NCBI GenBank assembly: GCA_046704725.1 | Contig: JBJKRI010000006.1 | Location: 128,001-192,000 of the forward strand | Direction: 5' to 3' | DNA length: 64,000 nt | Source: Candidatus Woesearchaeota archaeon | Lineage (GTDB): Archaea > Nanobdellota > Nanobdellia > Woesearchaeales > SKIA01 | Shown here: piece after piece, positions 20,501 through 30,522 of the stretch | How positions within the stretch are numbered: position 1 is the first letter of the stretch | How the letters are laid out: the number at the start of each line of letters is the position of its first letter | Made by a program: the position numbers and the translations under genes | Notes under the pieces: generated by a model | Seen by the model: only the letters and a program-made list of their open reading frames with translations | What the model was told of the DNA's origin: nothing | The model's database searches: none

Positions 20501-23500
20501 CTGCGCGAGCGTCGACCAGGCGCTGTGGCCGATGCCGATGAGCGTGGAGTTGCCCTGCGCCTGCGCGATGAGGTCTCCGCTGAGGTCGAGGAGCGACGTG
20601 TCAGTGAGGTCGACGTCCTCGAAGGTGATGGACCAGTTGGTGCTCGCATTCGCGTTCGGGTTGCGCAGCGTCAGGTTCACGTCAACGTAGTTCTGCCCGA
20701 AGGTTAGGGTGCTGTTCGTATTGTACGACGTCCCGTTCACGATGATGGAGAGGTTGCCGAGATAGCTCGATGGGGTGCCGTTCGGCGTGAAGTTGAACAT
20801 GACCGCGGTGCTCGCGGCCGACGACGCCGTCGTGAAGTTGATGCACGCGGACAGACCAGTGTTATTCGCGTAGTCGATGTTCTGGATCCGGTAGAAGTAC
20901 GTGCTGTTCGGCGTGAGGGAGTAGTTGAGGGTCTTCTGGCCGAGGAAGAGCTGGTGCCAGGGCCGGAAGACGTCGTTCGCCACGTTCTGCGGGCCGAGGT
21001 CCACGATCGTACTATTGAGCGTCGAGCACGTGGAATCGTTCTTGTAGAAGAGGATGGAGCCGTTCGTCGGCTCGCTCGACACCCAGCGCACGACCGCGCC
21101 GTTGGTGAACTGGTTGCCGTTGCTCGTCTGGATCGTCGGGCGCGTCACGTCCGCGGAGACGTTGTACGAGCCCTTGCACTGCGGCGCGAGCTCGCAGTCA
21201 GGGTCGGCGCAGTTCACCAGGCCATTGCCGTTCTCGTCACCGGGAGCGATGCAGTCCTCGACGGGCATGAAGTTCCCCTGGCCGAGGAGCGCGAACGTGG
21301 CGCCGCACGAACTCGGGTTCTGGAAGCAATCGACGGGCTTGACGTCCATGGTTCCAGGAGTATAGTAGACATTGCTGATAGCGTCGTACGCGGAGAGGTT
21401 GCTCACGTTGCTCCAACTGCCGTTGATGACCGCTCCCATGAAACGCATGTTGCCGGTGGGATTCCCGAGGGAGGATTGCGCGATCATCACCGCGGCAGCG
21501 GACTGCTGCGGTGAGCACTCGACGGGAGTGGATTGGGACTGATTCGGGCCGGTCGACATGGTGGCTGGAGAGAGCGCCGCGTCACGCACGACCCAGGTGC
21601 CGTTATAGCAGGCGTAGAAGAGCTTCTCCTGACCGGATTCGTTGACCTGGGTGTAGTTCCCGTACTTGAGCATGTACTCGAAACCGGTGTAATTGACGCT
21701 GTTGACCGTGACGTTGCATCCCGTCGAAGCATTCGCGTCGGTATCGATGAGGTACATGAACTTCATGTCCGTGATATTGCCGCCGCACGCCTTGAGGTCG
21801 GTGAGATTGTGCATCATCATCCCGACTCCCATGCCGTACGTGCTAATCGCGATGCCGAAGCCACCGATGCTCACGTTCGAGGACGCATTATCGGGCGGAT
21901 CCGCCTTGAGGCGCAGAATCTTCCCCATCCCCTCGCCGAGCTTCATCTTGAGCGCCTGTGTGCCGGTGAGCCCTTGGTATGGACCAGTAAGGGTGTTGAG
22001 GTTCCCACCACAGCTCAATGCGTTCGCGCACTGCGGGTCGGCGCAGTCGACAAGGCCGTTGCCGTTGTCGTCGACACCGTTGAAGCAGATCTCCGTGTTC
22101 GGCGCGCTCTGACAGACCGACCAGGTGCTGTTCCAGTTCCAGCCCGCCGCGGCGCACGTCGTGTTGGTGTAACAGTCGGCAGGGTTCGCGGCGCACGTGG
22201 TCTTGAGCCCCTTGATGTCGCACCAGCCGCCCGGGTTGAACGTGTCGTTGTACCACTGGCAACCGCCCCAGTCCTTCCCGCCGTTCGCGTTGCTGTTGGC
22301 GCACTGGTCCTGCGTGAAGCAGCTGCCGCACGCCGCGTCACAACTGCCGCCAGTGATCTGCGAGGGATTGAACTGTTCGGTGCACATGCCCGTGCTGCCG
22401 TTGGGCAGGCTCACGCTCGACTGCCACTGACAGTCGCCGATGCCGTTGTTCGCGTTATCGTTGCACGACGTGCTGTTCTTGATGACGAAGCATCCGGCGG
22501 TGGAGTTGAAGGCCTTGAAGTCCGGGTTGCACAGCCCGTCGGTCGAGTTGAAGGCCTGCCAGACGCACTTGTAGTTCTTCGTGTTGTTCACGCACGACGA
22601 CGCGTTCGTGTGGTCGAATAGGTAACACGCGCCCTGGTCGGGCGGCGGGCCGTTGACGAGGAAAGACGAGTAGTTCTGCGAACCGACGCCGCCGAAGTTC
22701 GTGAGGAAGTCGATCGGGTTCGCCGTGTGCTGGCTGACGTTGAAGGTGTTGGTCTCGAAGTTGAGCTTCGGCGTGATGTTGCCGAAGGCCGCGGTCTTGT
22801 TCACGACGAGCGTGATGCCCTGCTCCTTCGGGTCCGTGGCCGAACAGTTGTAATAGATGAAGGTGTCGTTCGCGCTGATGCTCGTGTTCGCATAGAAGCT
22901 GATGCCGTTCGAGTCGGAGCCGTTTGGATTGTGCTGGGTGAAGAGCGTCTTGTTGCTGTCGGGGAAGTACCAGATCTGGTAGTCAGAGCCGGGATAGCAG
23001 CTCTCGTTGTTCGGGTTGCAGCCGGTGCTCTGGTTGTTGTCGATGTCGAACTCCACGACGAAGGCGACGCTCTTGTTCGTGCCGTCGCAGACGCTCATGT
23101 TGCTGCTGACGGCGAACGGCCCGCTGATGTGCCAGGCCATGTAGTCACCCTGCTGCTCGGTCCAGACGGCAGCAGTATCATAGTTGACGTCGCCCTTGCC
23201 GTTGCACGCGTCCGTCCCGTTGCTCGAGTGCGTGTTGCAGCAGTTCTCACCGGGCGTGGTGAAGCTGCCCGCGTACTGCGGGTTACGATAGCAGCCGGGA
23301 CCGCGCGCGACGTACGGCGCGCCGGGGAAGGTGAAGTTCGCGGCGGCAGCGAGGAACTTCGCCGACTGCGCGTGGCTCCACAAGGGACTATAGTTGCTCT
23401 GCGGACCTTGTCCGCCGGGCGCGGTATTGATCGTGATGCTGCGCGAGTCGTTGGTCAGGTTCGTCCCGTTCTCATCCTTGAGTGTAGCGTTGACGCTCGT

Positions 23501-24256
23501 CGTGCCGTTGAGGGCCGCGGTGGCGTTCATACTATAGAACAGCGAATTGTTGCCCGTGATATTGAAGGTCCACCGCAACTCCCCGTTCGTGTGGTTGTCG
23601 ACCGTAGGGGTCGGCGAGGATGACGTGTAATTGAGGTATGTCGGCGCATAATCGAGGTACAAGGTGAGGTTGCTGGCGTTCTGCGTCTGCAGGTTGGTGA
23701 CGTTGACGCTGATGTCGACGGTGTCGTTCACGTTCACGCTCGTCGGCATGGAGATCAGGACCTGGTATGACGGGCCGGTCGTTGTGATATTGAGGGGGAT
23801 CGTGACGTTCTTCAGCGAGACGTTGGATGAGTTACGAACATCAGCGTACGCTTGCGTGTTCCCGTTCTGCAGGGCGGTGTAGTTGGCCGCGACGATGAAG
23901 GATTGATTCGGTTGGAGGTTGAGGATGTTCCAGAGAATGTACTGACTGGAGTTCTGCGTGCTGTTGCCGTATGTGCCGTTGCTCGCGGTGAAGTTGAGGT
24001 AGCTCGTGTCCGTCATCTCCATGACGGTGAAGTTCGTGTAGTTGACGCTGTCGTTGTTGGTGAGGTTCAGGATGTAGCTGACTGTAGTACTGGGATGCGC
24101 AGGACCAGATATCTGGTACATGTGGAATTGGACGGCGCTCACAGCACCAATGCTCGCCAGAAGAAGGAGTACAGCGATAAATGCAGTCTGCGCGTTGCTT
24201 CGCTTGCTCTTCACTTTTCCCTCCGCTCCCGGAACGTGTAGCGCCCTCGCCTTCAT
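17582..24256 (-). CDS. Giant cell-surface glycoprotein with Ig-like/FN3 domains and a PGF-pre-PGF domain
   Basis: 2224 aa; signal peptide; many N-x-S/T sequons; Cys-rich blocks; poly-G linker; YEARTPGFSPFAV; C-terminal TM. Confidence 0.85.
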   Translation of the reverse strand: MKARALHVPGAEGKVKSKRSNAQTAFIAVLLLLASIGAVSAVQFHMYQISGPAHPSTTVSYILNLTNNDSVNYTNFTVMEMTDTSYLNFTASNGTYGNSTQNSSQYILWNILNLQPNQSFIVAANYTALQNGNTQAYADVRNSSNVSLKNVTIPLNITTTGPSYQVLISMPTSVNVNDTVDISVNVTNLQTQNASNLTLYLDYAPTYLNYTSSSPTPTVDNHTNGELRWTFNITGNNSLFYSMNATAALNGTTSVNATLKDENGTNLTNDSRSITINTAPGGQGPQSNYSPLWSHAQSAKFLAAAANFTFPGAPYVARGPGCYRNPQYAGSFTTPGENCCNTHSSNGTDACNGKGDVNYDTAAVWTEQQGDYMAWHISGPFAVSSNMSVCDGTNKSVAFVVEFDIDNNQSTGCNPNNESCYPGSDYQIWYFPDSNKTLFTQHNPNGSDSNGISFYANTSISANDTFIYYNCSATDPKEQGITLVVNKTAAFGNITPKLNFETNTFNVSQHTANPIDFLTNFGGVGSQNYSSFLVNGPPPDQGACYLFDHTNASSCVNNTKNYKCVWQAFNSTDGLCNPDFKAFNSTAGCFVIKNSTSCNDNANNGIGDCQWQSSVSLPNGSTGMCTEQFNPSQITGGSCDAACGSCFTQDQCANSNANGGKDWGGCQWYNDTFNPGGWCDIKGLKTTCAANPADCYTNTTCAAAGWNWNSTWSVCQSAPNTEICFNGVDDNGNGLVDCADPQCANALSCGGNLNTLTGPYQGLTGTQALKMKLGEGMGKILRLKADPPDNASSNVSIGGFGIAISTYGMGVGMMMHNLTDLKACGGNITDMKFMYLIDTDANASTGCNVTVNSVNYTGFEYMLKYGNYTQVNESGQEKLFYACYNGTWVVRDAALSPATMSTGPNQSQSTPVECSPQQSAAAVMIAQSSLGNPTGNMRFMGAVINGSWSNVSNLSAYDAISNVYYTPGTMDVKPVDCFQNPSSCGATFALLGQGNFMPVEDCIAPGDENGNGLVNCADPDCELAPQCKGSYNVSADVTRPTIQTSNGNQFTNGAVVRWVSSEPTNGSILFYKNDSTCSTLNSTIVDLGPQNVANDVFRPWHQLFLGQKTLNYSLTPNSTYFYRIQNIDYANNTGLSACINFTTASSAASTAVMFNFTPNGTPSSYLGNLSIIVNGTSYNTNSTLTFGQNYVDVNLTLRNPNANASTNWSITFEDVDLTDTSLLDLSGDLIAQAQGNSTLIGIGHSAWSTLAQKLGAQSIELQIPYPGDKLYHCADNGTNCTDISNSPGVQLLSTTAMSSTWQVPASFGFSSYTAGSTTYTLVYANQTTDNLSALVDANTSMLFSANNTMNTSETYNFSVDAPPGVSAWLNGSTTRNSVAIASNATESFNLTVSANASGVYPISVLATLANNSSVVLNSSQDINITLNATAPPTSTISAPANDSWTNDSTPQITFTLTDDYSSSINYTVFVDGSSSATGNATNNTAKSVNLSSLADGTHNVVVQATDDAGNSVNSTSLTLHVDSTAPTAAILSPSSGVSVNTTTPTVRINVSDNIADPINYTLFVDGSASLSGNASSGVAENLTPTLAQGNHSLVLQATDDAGNAINTSATAVTVDTTAPSITINAPANGSNTSTSVGFNFTLTDNLASTINYTLYVNGTANGTGQMANGTMVLNRTLAAGLYDWSVSAVDEAGNAVSSATQTFTAVNLSVPNQTVFTVADTDHDGNVELNWTNVTDAVSYKVYRKASSFSNLSGLSALATVSGLDYTDNTTVSNTTYWYAVTTVNSLGHENTTFTAQNVTANDTIAPSSPTSLNATTNTDGSVALTWTAVTNDTAGNAETHGNVYYIYRTTNVSALNTSNTSAALNTSTSASYTDTNATTGTNYIYVVVVKDDGGNLNSTLGPTNNVSITPAACTTTYTYGSWSACSSSSQSRTGTRTCYGGGNTTDTQTQSCTSSTGGGGGGGGGGYVTLPSAVSKVATQTWGLLSAGGSNTWTVPASNVSVMRIAFQVNETLAYASMTIGQTSAPHPVGRPVYQYFDINTTGLPDSSLVGDATIRFSVPKSWITSHGYSVYGVVLLHYVNGWQQLPTGVVSQNSTSVTYEARTPGFSPFAVSFAASNTPTTQPSTNSTITQQPPTKPGTPPPEQNPNASNSTPPKNVTNTTATPPPPSGGNGWIGWVLLAIAVIAIGAYAWHEYRAHRPPKSPPNEGWEHAMDQAPSFEQQS

Positions 24257-24342
24257 TTAAATCACTGTGTGACGACTGGATGTAAGTAAATCGGCAACCC
24301 CGAAAAAATCCAAATTTATATTCTAGTTGTGTTATTAGTATA

Positions 24343-24726
24343 TTGATGCTTTCTCGCACGACACAACGGACACTAATCGTCTTCGCAGCGCTCATCGCAA
24401 CCACATTCGTCATCGCAGCCGCCGGAGCGCAGCTTTCCGCGCAGCACGCGAAGAGCGGCTGCGAATTGACAGGGCCGATCAGTTGCTCAGGCGTGACTGC
24501 CACGAGCGACGGCGTCACCCTGCACCTTGATGCGAAGCAGCAGGTGAGCGCGGTGCGCGTCCAGCTCAGCGGCGGCTGCACCACGCCTGCGAACAGCGTC
24601 TTCCTCAAGAGCGCGAGCGGCGCTTTTGATGCGCACTTCGCGTGCACGAGCGACGCAAGCCACGCCGACATCACCGTCCTGTACGGCACGACGCGGCAGG
24701 TTGAAAGCGGAAGCTACATACAGTAA
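24343..24726 (+). CDS. Secreted or membrane-anchored hypothetical protein
   Basis: N-terminal hydrophobic helix, paired Cys. Confidence 0.55.
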   Translation: MMLSRTTQRTLIVFAALIATTFVIAAAGAQLSAQHAKSGCELTGPISCSGVTATSDGVTLHLDAKQQVSAVRVQLSGGCTTPANSVFLKSASGAFDAHFACTSDASHADITVLYGTTRQVESGSYIQ

Positions 24727-24775
24727 CCCTCCTGCAGAAGTAACATTTTTTAAGCATCTTGGAGTCCGGCCATAG

Positions 24776-25582
24776 ATGAGTGAGATCCTGTCCACAGAGC
24801 AAGCGCTCAAGCAAATAGTCGAGCGGTACCCTCGCCATATGACAGCACATTCGCTGAGCATGGGGATTGGCGGAGGCGTCGTAGTCAGCTACGTGATCCA
24901 GACCATGCCAGAAACCATACAGCGGCTCTCCCAAATCCCTCACATTCCGTCAGAAGATTTTATCCTGTTGCCAGTCTTAGCGCTCGGCACATACTGGAGC
25001 GTGCGCATGTTCAGATACCTGCCCGCGGGGATATCCTATCTCGTCGACGCAGTAGCTGGCCTATATTCACCGACAGAAGAAGGGGACGTCTATATGATAG
25101 GAGGATCGAAAGATATCGTGGATGTCATGAAGGGAACGTTCAATCCATCGGGCATCACATTCACGAACCGCCCTGTGCTTGGCGACCGAATACTCGGCAA
25201 GAGGCTCCGCCCATTCGAGCGGTTCTCCGATATCGACGAGAAAGGATACTGGTTTTCTAACGAACTCACAGTGACTGACCGCGTAGAATCCGTTCCAGAC
25301 CCCGATCAGCTCAGATGGAGACGAAAGAGGAAATACGTCGCATTGCGCCTCGGTCAGGAAGAGCGACAAGTTCATGTAACATACAGGGCTAGAAACTGTT
25401 GGAACGCGGTGCGCAAAGGGCAGCACGTGCTGGCATTCTTAAGGAACGATCGCAAGGGCTTGCATCTTTATGAGATGGGCCTCCCGGAGGTCTACTTTCC
25501 AAATAGGAGACACCCCGTCATCGTGCTCGATGCGGAGACCCCTACAGAGGTTCCACGTCTCGCCGCACAGAAAGCGACCTGA
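24776..25582 (+). CDS. Hypothetical membrane protein
   Basis: 268-aa ORF, two TM segments, lower GC than flanks. Confidence 0.55.
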   Translation: MSEILSTEQALKQIVERYPRHMTAHSLSMGIGGGVVVSYVIQTMPETIQRLSQIPHIPSEDFILLPVLALGTYWSVRMFRYLPAGISYLVDAVAGLYSPTEEGDVYMIGGSKDIVDVMKGTFNPSGITFTNRPVLGDRILGKRLRPFERFSDIDEKGYWFSNELTVTDRVESVPDPDQLRWRRKRKYVALRLGQEERQVHVTYRARNCWNAVRKGQHVLAFLRNDRKGLHLYEMGLPEVYFPNRRHPVIVLDAETPTEVPRLAAQKAT

Positions 25583-25637
25583 GCCACTGGACAAACCCAG
25601 AAAGCTCTTATAAGCGATGTCTGTCCAGTGGACCCCT

Positions 25638-26705
25638 ATGGGATTGTTCAAGGACGTGCTGGACCAATCGAAATCCGTGTTCAAGGACGAGCACGCCCTC
25701 GACTACGAGTTCCTGCCGGGCGTGCTGCCCTACCGCGAGGACGAGCAACAGCACCTGGCGACCTGCATCAAGCCACTGTTCAACGACCGCTCCGGGAGGA
25801 ACCTGCTCATCCACGGGCCGCCCGGCACGGGGAAGACCGCGGCCGCGCGCTACGTGCTGCGCGAGCTCGAGCAAGAGACCGACCGCATCACACCCATCTT
25901 CGTGAACTGCTGGAAGTATAATACGACGTTCAAGGTCCTCGCCGAGATCTGCGACCAGATCGGCTACGCCTTCACGCACAACAAGAAGACGGACGAGCTC
26001 ATGCGCATCGTCGCGCACAACCTGAACAAGACGCGGAGCGTCCTGGTGTTCGACGAGATCGACAAGGCAGAGGACACGGACTTCCTCTACTTTCTCATCG
26101 AAGGGATCGAGCGAAAAGCCATCTTCTTGGTCACGAACTACAAGGAATGGCTCGTCGAGCTCGACGAGCGCGTCAAGAGCCGCTTGACGGCGGAGCTCCT
26201 GGAGTTCCCCTCCTACAACGAGAAAGAAGTGGCGGGCATCCTCGGACGCCGCCTGGAGTACGCCTTCCGCGAAGGCGTCTTCGAGGACGATGCGCTCGCG
26301 CTCGTGGCGAGGCGCACGGCCGCCGCCGGCGACATCCGTGTCGGATTGTACCTGCTCAAGGAGGCAGGCATGCTCGCAGAGGAGAAGTTCGCCGAGCACA
26401 TCACGGCGAAGCACGTGGAGGGCGCGATCGCCAAGCTCGACGAATTCACGATAAAATCGCCGAAGGAGCTGGACCCTGAAGCGAAGCTCGTGCTCGAGCT
26501 GTGCAGGAAAAGCCCGGGATCGCGTATCGGCGACGTGTTCACCAAGTACGAAGCGGCCGGCGGAAAAGGCGTGTACAAGACCTTCCAGCGCAAGGTCCGC
26601 TACCTCGCCGAGAACAAGTTCATCACGCAAGAACGCATCACGGGCGGGCCCGAGGGCACGACGACGATCATCCGCCCCGCGAACCAGTCATTGACGGAGT
26701 TCTGA
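25638..26705 (+). CDS. cdc6: Cdc6/Orc1 replication initiator
   Basis: LDYEFLP..LPYRE, GPPGTGKT, VNCW, VFDEID, GDIR; C-terminal winged helix. Confidence 0.9.
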   Translation: MGLFKDVLDQSKSVFKDEHALDYEFLPGVLPYREDEQQHLATCIKPLFNDRSGRNLLIHGPPGTGKTAAARYVLRELEQETDRITPIFVNCWKYNTTFKVLAEICDQIGYAFTHNKKTDELMRIVAHNLNKTRSVLVFDEIDKAEDTDFLYFLIEGIERKAIFLVTNYKEWLVELDERVKSRLTAELLEFPSYNEKEVAGILGRRLEYAFREGVFEDDALALVARRTAAAGDIRVGLYLLKEAGMLAEEKFAEHITAKHVEGAIAKLDEFTIKSPKELDPEAKLVLELCRKSPGSRIGDVFTKYEAAGGKGVYKTFQRKVRYLAENKFITQERITGGPEGTTTIIRPANQSLTEF

Positions 26706-26760
26706 AGATTCTGGTTCGCATAGGGAAACACAGATAAAGAATACTGTAGTATACCTTGGT

Positions 26761-27018
26761 ATGCCGACCACCATCAAGCTTCGCCAGGAGACGAAACGGC
26801 GGCTCGACACCTTCAGGGAGCACCCGCAGGAAAGCTACGACGTCATCCTCAACAAGCTCGCGGCCATCGCGGAAAACGCTGTGGAGGAACCAGAACTCTC
26901 CACCGAGACGATGCAGGCCATCCGGGAAGCGAGACGGAGGATGCAAGAAGGACGCTACGTGAGCGAAACCGAACTCCGCAAGAGGTTCGGCATTGATCCA
27001 CGAACTACACGTCGATGA
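26761..27018 (+). CDS. Antitoxin (RHH-like)
   Basis: TTIKL..ETK.RL......ESYD.IL pattern; directly upstream of RelE. Confidence 0.75.
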   Translation: MPTTIKLRQETKRRLDTFREHPQESYDVILNKLAAIAENAVEEPELSTETMQAIREARRRMQEGRYVSETELRKRFGIDPRTTRR

Positions 27019-27250
27019 GAAAGCCGTACGCACACTAGAAGAACTTCCGAAGAAGATACAAGAACGCATCCTGCGGAAGATCATCGACAGCCTGCGGAAT
27101 CCCGGACGAGCGTACCAACGCCTCGCAGGCTCGGAACTCCATAGGATGCGGGTCGGGGACTATCGCGTGCTCGCGGACATCGACGAGACGACGGTGAGAG
27201 TGCTGGTCATCGGCCACAGACGCAACATCTACGAACGAGAGGATTTATGA
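26993..27250 (+). CDS. RelE/ParE family toxin
   Basis: RMRVGDYRVL...IGHRRNIY. Confidence 0.85.
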   Translation: MIHELHVDEKAVRTLEELPKKIQERILRKIIDSLRNPGRAYQRLAGSELHRMRVGDYRVLADIDETTVRVLVIGHRRNIYEREDL

Positions 27251-27417
27251 ACAGGAACATCCCGGCAGGCGACATGCAACCCACTCCGGAAGAAGAGCCC
27301 GAAGAGAAACAACCCGAAGAGACGCAGGATTACGACGAGACGCCCGAGGAGGAACTGGCCGACGACGAGATCGACGAGGCCGAAGAAGGATTCGTGCGCG
27401 GCTACGGAGACGACTGA
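27247..27417 (+). CDS. Small acidic protein (EEGFxxGY family)
   Basis: 56-aa ORF with ATGA overlap on the toxin; ends DEIDEAEEGFVRGYGDD. Confidence 0.65.
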   Translation: MNRNIPAGDMQPTPEEEPEEKQPEETQDYDETPEEELADDEIDEAEEGFVRGYGDD

Positions 27418-27502
27418 ATCGTAGCGGCCACCATGTAGTGAAGAAAACGCATAACCATTCCTTCAAGATTGCCCTTATTAGTAATAACTCCCTACCAAGC
27501 AC

Positions 27503-28132
27503 ATGCCTCTTCGGGACGAACGTCTGCAGGCGCAATATTCACGCATCCTCTTCACGGTCAAAGATGGGACCCCTGCCCAGAAGGCCGTCGAGCGAGCGGT
27601 CGGCCTGCCAAAGAGCGAGTTCCAGGAACTCTTGGGCACGCTCAAGCAAGCACGCCTGATCGTCCGCCCGCAGCCGGGACATATCGCCATCGGCTGGGAG
27701 CGGATGGCGGAATCATACGCCCAATGGATGGACAAGCTCGTCGAGGAGAGGCTGCAGTTCTGCGAAAGGCACGCGAAAGACATGTATTGCACGTACTACA
27801 AACCGCTGCAGAAATGGATCACGCTGCGCAAATTCGTCCTTGAGGACGAGGGTATGCGCGTCATTCTCCGACGGGCCTTCTCCAACGCCGGAGCGCTCGC
27901 CCAGAGCGAATATTTCACCGTGAACGACCTGTTCCGGCAGCTCGCGACAGAGATCGGGCAATACGAGCGCGTCGCGGAGATCGTCGGGGAGGACACCGTT
28001 CTGCGACGGCTCTCCCGACTGTGCACCATCGCGACCACAGAACCGCTCGCGCTCAGTCTCCTCAGCGATACGGAGGGGGAGAACATCCGGCTCCCGGCCC
28101 CAACGATCGAAACGCGAGCGACACGGGCGTGA
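27503..28132 (+). CDS. Hypothetical protein (possible winged-helix N-terminus)
   Basis: 209-aa ORF with host-like codon usage. Confidence 0.5.
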   Translation: MPLRDERLQAQYSRILFTVKDGTPAQKAVERAVGLPKSEFQELLGTLKQARLIVRPQPGHIAIGWERMAESYAQWMDKLVEERLQFCERHAKDMYCTYYKPLQKWITLRKFVLEDEGMRVILRRAFSNAGALAQSEYFTVNDLFRQLATEIGQYERVAEIVGEDTVLRRLSRLCTIATTEPLALSLLSDTEGENIRLPAPTIETRATRA

Positions 28133-28279
28133 GCAATCAACGCGGACGCCTACGAGTGTCCGCAACCGATCCAGCAGGTGAAGAACAATCAATGCGAGGC
28201 ATCGAGAAAAAAGGGTGCGCGGAAAATGCCCCCGAAAGGACATCTCCGCGCGGGTCGCCGGGGGAAAAAGACAGTAGCG

Positions 28280-28492
28280 TTACGCTTCCAGGTATCCCTT
28301 GATGAAGCCCTCCTCCGTCGGGTCGATCCCTTCCGCCTCCAAAAGGGAATCCGTGTCGCTCATCGTGTCGAGATCGTCGAGCTCGACATGCTCCGGGAGT
28401 CCGGGAACCTTATGGACATCCCCTTCCAGGTCGTACGTGACCCAGAAGCCTTGCACAGACCAATCGTCCGACTCCAGTTGCAGCATTTGCAT
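28280..28492 (-). CDS. Small acidic protein (EEGFxxGY family)
   Basis: GGAGGTG RBS upstream; ends GIDPTEEGFIKGYLEA. Confidence 0.6.
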   Translation of the reverse strand: MQMLQLESDDWSVQGFWVTYDLEGDVHKVPGLPEHVELDDLDTMSDTDSLLEAEGIDPTEEGFIKGYLEA

Positions 28493-28603
28493 CGTTTGCA
28501 CCTCCGACAAGAGCGTGGGGACGCATCCTTATTAACGGCGTGAAGGCCTCCTCTACAACCTTGTTCCACAAGCCTTAAAACCGCATTTCGGGTTCGTCAC
28601 TCG

Positions 28604-29305
28604 ATGGAGTGGACGATAGCCCTGTTATTCGGGCCTCCTTGGTTCTACAAAGAGGCGCTCATCATCCAGGGCATCAGCGTCCTCGCCATCCTGCTCGTCG
28701 CGCTCGCGTCGCACAAATACCGCGCGCACAGCTCGCACCAAGGCAAGTTCGGCGTGCTCGAGCGGGCGCTGCTCATCGTCGCGGCCGCATTGTTCCTGCG
28801 CATCATCCTGGACGCGAGCATCTACTTCGAGCTCGCCGAGACCGTGCATCCAGGCTTCGCGACATTCCCCTCCATATTCTCGGACGAGGCGTTCCTCTTC
28901 ATCGGGGTCCTGCTGTACCGCCTGCTCATATTGCTCGGCTTCGGGACGCTCTACACGCTGTATGAGCCCCAGAAGAAGCGCAACCTGCTCCTCGGAGCTG
29001 CGTTCCTGGTGGTCGTGACGTTCGCGAGCATCGCGCACGTCTACTGGTTCCACATCGTCGCGCTGCTCCTGCTCGCCGCGACCGTGACCGCGCACTTCAA
29101 CAGAGTACGTAAAAGGAACACCGCACCAGCACGCTTCGTGCTCACCAGCTATCTCCTGCTCGCGCTTAGCCAAGTGCTCTTTATCTTCAAGACCCATGAG
29201 CTCTTCTATCTCTTGGGAATCGCGGTGCAGTTCGCCGGATTCGGCGGACTCGTGCTGACACTCTACGCCATACAACGCCATGGGAAAATACAGGTCACGC
29301 GCTGA
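28604..29305 (+). CDS. Multi-TM membrane protein
   Basis: About 7 hydrophobic segments; overlaps the downstream wHTH gene. Confidence 0.75.
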   Translation: MEWTIALLFGPPWFYKEALIIQGISVLAILLVALASHKYRAHSSHQGKFGVLERALLIVAAALFLRIILDASIYFELAETVHPGFATFPSIFSDEAFLFIGVLLYRLLILLGFGTLYTLYEPQKKRNLLLGAAFLVVVTFASIAHVYWFHIVALLLLAATVTAHFNRVRKRNTAPARFVLTSYLLLALSQVLFIFKTHELFYLLGIAVQFAGFGGLVLTLYAIQRHGKIQVTR

Positions 29306-29552
29306 GATCGTCGCAGACATGCTGGCGACGATCCTGAACAAAGGGGGTTCGATAAAACCCACCCGTCTCATGTACGGGTCGAACCTCTCGCACGGACAGA
29401 TGAAAGGCTATCTCGCCGACCTCGAGGAGCGCGGCTTCGTCGAGGAGAAGAAGGAAGGACGGCAAAAACTCATCGCCATCACCGACGCGGGAGCGAAATA
29501 CCTGCAGATGATCCGCGAGGTGCAGGCCTTCGAAGAGAGCTTCGGCATCTGA
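29280..29552 (+). CDS. Winged-helix transcriptional regulator (archaeal HTH_45-like)
   Basis: RSRAEIVADML...KPTRLMYGSNLS...ITDAG. Confidence 0.85.
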   Translation: MGKYRSRAEIVADMLATILNKGGSIKPTRLMYGSNLSHGQMKGYLADLEERGFVEEKKEGRQKLIAITDAGAKYLQMIREVQAFEESFGI

Positions 29553-29582
29553 ATTTATTAAGGACGCTTCCCCGAACAAAGC

Positions 29583-30485
29583 GTGGAAACAGGACGCACC
29601 ATCACCGAATGCCTGCGCACGCTCAACACGCACCGCACGCTCGTGATACCCTCGCTCGTCTATCTCATCGCGGCGTTCATCATCATCGGAGGATTCCTGC
29701 AGCTCTCCGGCGGACTCTCCATACTCCACAGCATACAGCAAGCGACGGACGCGTACACGAACACGCCCGCATTGCAGGCGAACTACAGCACGGTGAGCGA
29801 CTACGTGGGAAACACGATGAGCACGCAAACGATGGAGAAAATCTTCAGCCTGCGCACGCTCTGGTTGGCGCTCACGGCGTTCGCGCTGCTCGTGCTCGTG
29901 GGCGTCACGCAGGGCGCGGTGAGCTACTCCTCAGCGCACGACGCATTGCACGGGAAGCTCCGATGGAAGGATGCGCTGCGGCAGGCGGCAAAGCGTTTCG
30001 GCAGCTACTTCTCGTTCCGTCTCTCCCTGCTCGGGCTCGGGCTCGCCCCGCTCATCCTGGTCGCCGCGGTCCTGTTGGCATTCACCTTGTTGACGCAGAA
30101 CGTGTTGGGGATGGCGCTCATGGCCTTCCTCTTGCTTATCGGTTATCTGGCGTACCTGTTCTTCCTGCAACTGCGCTTCATCTTCGGCGGTCCCGGCGTG
30201 TTCTGGGGCGGGCACCGCGGCATTCCATCATTGAAGGCGAGCTATCGGTTAACGCGCAAGGACCTGCTCGGAGCGTTCATAGTGCTCGTCATCGTCGCCG
30301 TGGCCGCGTTCGTGCAAGGGCAGGTGCAAGGCTCGGCGCGCGGACTGTTCCTGTCGCTGCTGATGACCGCGCAACCGAGCGTCCTGCTCGGAGCTATCCT
30401 TGTCGTGATCCTCGTGCTCGTCGCAGCCGTGGACGCCTTCCAGTACCTCTTCTTGCTGGTCTCGTACAGGGACTTCCCCCGGTAG
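29583..30485 (+). CDS. Membrane protein
   Basis: Multiple TM helices; SLKASYRL motif. Confidence 0.7.
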   Translation: METGRTITECLRTLNTHRTLVIPSLVYLIAAFIIIGGFLQLSGGLSILHSIQQATDAYTNTPALQANYSTVSDYVGNTMSTQTMEKIFSLRTLWLALTAFALLVLVGVTQGAVSYSSAHDALHGKLRWKDALRQAAKRFGSYFSFRLSLLGLGLAPLILVAAVLLAFTLLTQNVLGMALMAFLLLIGYLAYLFFLQLRFIFGGPGVFWGGHRGIPSLKASYRLTRKDLLGAFIVLVIVAVAAFVQGQVQGSARGLFLSLLMTAQPSVLLGAILVVILVLVAAVDAFQYLFLLVSYRDFPR

Positions 30486-30522
30486 AAGAACCTTTTTATA
30501 CCCCTCTTCCCAGGGCAAGAGC

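Noticed and set aside
24257-25637. Replication origin near cdc6
   Set aside because: Short AT-rich intergenic patches exist, but I see no repeated ORB-like boxes; they fit promoters
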